A DNA stretch of 64,000 nucleotides from Gemmatimonadales bacterium. Lineage in GTDB: Bacteria; Gemmatimonadota; Gemmatimonadetes; Gemmatimonadales; GWC2-71-9. The notes beneath the pieces are model-generated. The model had not been told where the DNA came from. It did no database searches and saw only the letters and a program-made list of their open reading frames with translations. Shown one piece after another: positions 61,546 through 64,000 of the stretch. The translations under genes were made by a program, and so were the position numbers. Positions within the stretch are counted from its first letter, which is position 1. Each line of letters begins with the position of its first letter. The DNA lies in the NCBI GenBank assembly GCA_965249575.1, contig OZ252244.1, positions 3,712,001 to 3,776,000 on the forward strand, given 5' to 3'.

Positions 61546-62064
61546 ATGTCTCACGACACCGCTGAGCTCCTGGAGGCCATCCAGCAGCGGGTCGCGAACG
61601 CGGGGTTTGAGTTGGTGGACCTCCGCGTGGGCGGCTCGACGCAGCGGCCGTTGCTGCAGGTTCGCATCGATCGCCCCAACTCGATTGCGGGCCACGGCGT
61701 CACCGTCGACGATTGTGCGGTGGCCAGCCGGGCGCTCGAGGCATGGCTCGATCAGGGCGACGTGGTCCGGTCGAGGTACATCCTCGAGGTCTCCTCGCCT
61801 GGAATCGAGCGGCCGATCCGCTTGAAGCACCATTGGAAGCGTTTCATCGACCATGATGCGAAGGTGCGGATTCCCCGCCGAGGCCGCCTGCGCGCGACCA
61901 TCCTCCGGGTCACGGATCACCCGGATCTGGTGGTCTTGGGACTCGCGGACGGAGGGGAATTGACGGTACCGCTGACCGCGGCTCTCGACGCCACGCTGGC
62001 AGTAGACGAGGTGCCACTGCCGAAGGGACCGTCACGCAAGCGAAAGGCACCGAGTACGCAATAG
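61546..62064 (+). CDS. rimP: Ribosome maturation factor RimP
   Basis: GFELVD, GVTVDDCAVASR and YILEVSSPGIERP motifs. Confidence 0.95.
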   Translation: MSHDTAELLEAIQQRVANAGFELVDLRVGGSTQRPLLQVRIDRPNSIAGHGVTVDDCAVASRALEAWLDQGDVVRSRYILEVSSPGIERPIRLKHHWKRFIDHDAKVRIPRRGRLRATILRVTDHPDLVVLGLADGGELTVPLTAALDATLAVDEVPLPKGPSRKRKAPSTQ

Positions 62065-62085
62065 CGACAAAGGAGCTGGACCGGT

Positions 62086-63492
62086 ATGGCCACGTCCCGT
62101 GACATTCTTTCCGCCATTCGTGACCTGGCGAGCGCGAAGCAGCTCGAACGTGCCGAGCTGATCGACTTGTTGCGCGACGGCATCCAGGCCGCACTCATCC
62201 GACGTTGTGGGCCGAACGTTCGGTCGGAAATCGAAATCGACGAGTTGAAGGGCGATATACGGGTGTCGGTGCTGCGAACCGTGGTGGACGAGGTGGAAGA
62301 TCCCAACACGCAGGTTTCCGTGGAAGAGGCGCGCTGGGAAGATCCCGAGTTCCAGGCCGGTGATGTTCTTGAGGAAGAGGTTCCGTTTGCAGAATTCGGG
62401 AGAGGGGCTGTCCAGGCGGCCAAGCAGCGTATCATCCAACGTGTCCGTGAGGGTGAGCGATCCCGAATCCGCGAGGAGTTCGCCGACCGGGTTGGGGAGC
62501 TGCTATCCGGTGAGATTCAGCAGATCGAACGCGGCAAGCTCGTGCTGATGATCAATCGGTTCCGAGAGGCCGAGGCAATCATCCCGTACCGGGAGCAGAA
62601 CCACCGGGAGCACTTCCATCAGGGAGACAGCATTCGAGCGGTGCTCAAGCGCCTGGAAGAAACGCCTAAAGGCCCCCGGTTGGTGCTATCCAGGGCCGAC
62701 CCGCTCTTCGTGCAGGCGCTGTTCAAGCTCGAGGTGCCCGAAATCCAGCAGGCGATCGTCGAGGTCCGAGCCGCGGCGCGTGAGGTTGGGAGCCGGACCA
62801 AGATCGCGGTTACGAGCCGGGACGACTCGATCGATCCGGTGGGTGCGTGCGTTGGGTTGAAGGGGAGTCGAGTCCAGGCAGTCGTCAACGAGCTCGGCGG
62901 CGAGCGAATCGATATCGTGCCCTGGTCGGCCGATCCAGAGCGGTTCGCTCGGCTCGCGCTGGCGCCAGCCCGAGTCGCGCGTGTGTTTTCCGATCCGGAT
63001 TCTCGAACCGTCCAGGCGATCGTCGACGAGGATCAGTTGTCGCTCGCCATTGGGAGAAACGGCCAGAACGTCCGTCTGGCGTCCGAGCTGACGGGGTGGA
63101 AGATCGATTTGTACTCGAGCCGCGAGTGGTTGGAGCGGGGTGGGGAAGGCCCGCTTTTCGCACCACTACTGCCGGCCGAAGATCTCGTCGCGGATGTCCG
63201 CCTCAACGAGCTGAAGGGGATGCCCCGGGATGTCGTAGAGGCGCTTGAGGCCTCTGGGCGACAGACGCTGCGCCACATTCTCGATCTCGAGCGCGAAGAT
63301 GTGTTGAAGATCGAAGGAATGACGACGGAGCATGCGGATGTGCTGATGGCGTTCTTGGCGGAATTGACGGAAGAAAATGCCGAGGCGTCCACCGACTCTG
63401 GGGAGAGCGGTGGCAAGACGGACGGCGAGAGCGACGCGAAGATCGACGACTCCGAGCCAACACCGAGCGCGCCGACGACACCGGCCGCGTGA
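62086..63492 (+). CDS. nusA: Transcription termination/antitermination factor NusA
   Basis: FGRGAVQAAKQ, LEVPEI, DPVGACVG and LSLAIGRNGQNVRLA motifs. Confidence 0.97.
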   Translation: MATSRDILSAIRDLASAKQLERAELIDLLRDGIQAALIRRCGPNVRSEIEIDELKGDIRVSVLRTVVDEVEDPNTQVSVEEARWEDPEFQAGDVLEEEVPFAEFGRGAVQAAKQRIIQRVREGERSRIREEFADRVGELLSGEIQQIERGKLVLMINRFREAEAIIPYREQNHREHFHQGDSIRAVLKRLEETPKGPRLVLSRADPLFVQALFKLEVPEIQQAIVEVRAAAREVGSRTKIAVTSRDDSIDPVGACVGLKGSRVQAVVNELGGERIDIVPWSADPERFARLALAPARVARVFSDPDSRTVQAIVDEDQLSLAIGRNGQNVRLASELTGWKIDLYSSREWLERGGEGPLFAPLLPAEDLVADVRLNELKGMPRDVVEALEASGRQTLRHILDLEREDVLKIEGMTTEHADVLMAFLAELTEENAEASTDSGESGGKTDGESDAKIDDSEPTPSAPTTPAA

Positions 63493-63800
63493 AGCGAGGG
63501 GGCGTCCTCGGCCTGCTTGGGCTCGGTGCCCGGGCCGGATCGCTGGTGTCGGGCACTGTTGGGGTGCGAGCCGCGCTCAAGCGCGACGACTTGGCTCTTG
63601 TGATCATCGCATGCGACCGGAGCGAGCGAACCAACGAAAAGGTATGCCGCCTAGCTCGAGCGAAGGGATTGCCGGTGATGGAGGGCCCGCCAGCTCGAGA
63701 GCTGGGACAGTCAGTGGGGCGGGATGTGGTACAAGTCATTGGAGTACGCGATGGGAAGCTGGCAGCCGGCTTGCGCGCGTACGGTCAGCAGCAGGAATGA
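63489..63800 (+). CDS. L7Ae/YlxQ-family RNA-binding protein
   Basis: LGLLGLGARAG and ELGQSVGR motifs; lies between nusA and infB. Confidence 0.85.
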   Translation: MKRGGVLGLLGLGARAGSLVSGTVGVRAALKRDDLALVIIACDRSERTNEKVCRLARAKGLPVMEGPPARELGQSVGRDVVQVIGVRDGKLAAGLRAYGQQQE

Positions 63801-63810
63801 GGAGGCGGTA

Positions 63811-64000
63811 GTGACGAAAACGCGGATCCACGATCTCGCGGCGGAATTCGGCATTCCGAGCGAGGAGCTACTCAAGCTGCTCGCGGAGCTTGGCATACAC
63901 GTCCGAAGCCACCTCTCCGCCCTGGATCCTGGCCAGGTGGCGCTGGTGCGCGCCCGCCGCGAACGACAGAAGCGCCGCAAGGACGAACCGACGACCAAGG
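63811..64000 (+). CDS. infB: Translation initiation factor IF-2, 5' part (truncated by window end)
   Basis: GAGGAGG RBS and GTG; TRIHDLAAEFGIPSEELLKLL..LGI.VRSHLS IF2-N motif; synteny. Confidence 0.88.
   Translation, partial: MTKTRIHDLAAEFGIPSEELLKLLAELGIHVRSHLSALDPGQVALVRARRERQKRRKDEPTTK

Overview
GC-rich bacterial chromosome segment, most consistent with Gemmatimonadota (inferred from gene order and the HU N-terminus, not from a search). It is mostly housekeeping: gltA-icd-pepA, yicC-gmk-rpoZ-coaBC-udg-dnaB, ispD-tsaC-LMW PTP-aroE-comF, gap-pgk-tpiA-secG-carA, HU, moaDE, trmL, mdh plus a three-gene succinate dehydrogenase, CIRCE-groES-groEL, serS, pcrA, gatCAB, murA, pgeF and rimP-nusA-L7Ae-infB. 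No CRISPR array, rRNA, integrase or transposase was seen. Five observations stand out. (1) An AhpD/CMD-family peroxidase is split by an in-frame TGA exactly at its second catalytic Cys (CFY-UGA-IRHH) and followed by a SECIS-like hairpin, so it is very probably a selenoprotein. (2) A translationally coupled HEAT-repeat / HD-GYP pair shares an unnamed ~100-aa N-terminal domain. (3) A Ser/Thr kinase remnant has reordered subdomains, one of them inverted, inside a decaying block next to tRNA-Leu. (4) A DEGS1-like sphingolipid desaturase was missed by the ORF track. (5) A putative beta-barrel is fused to an NlpC/P60 peptidase. Also noted: an Sdh1/type-F-like succinate dehydrogenase anchor, a Cys-to-Asp MurA and a palindromic back-to-back promoter.
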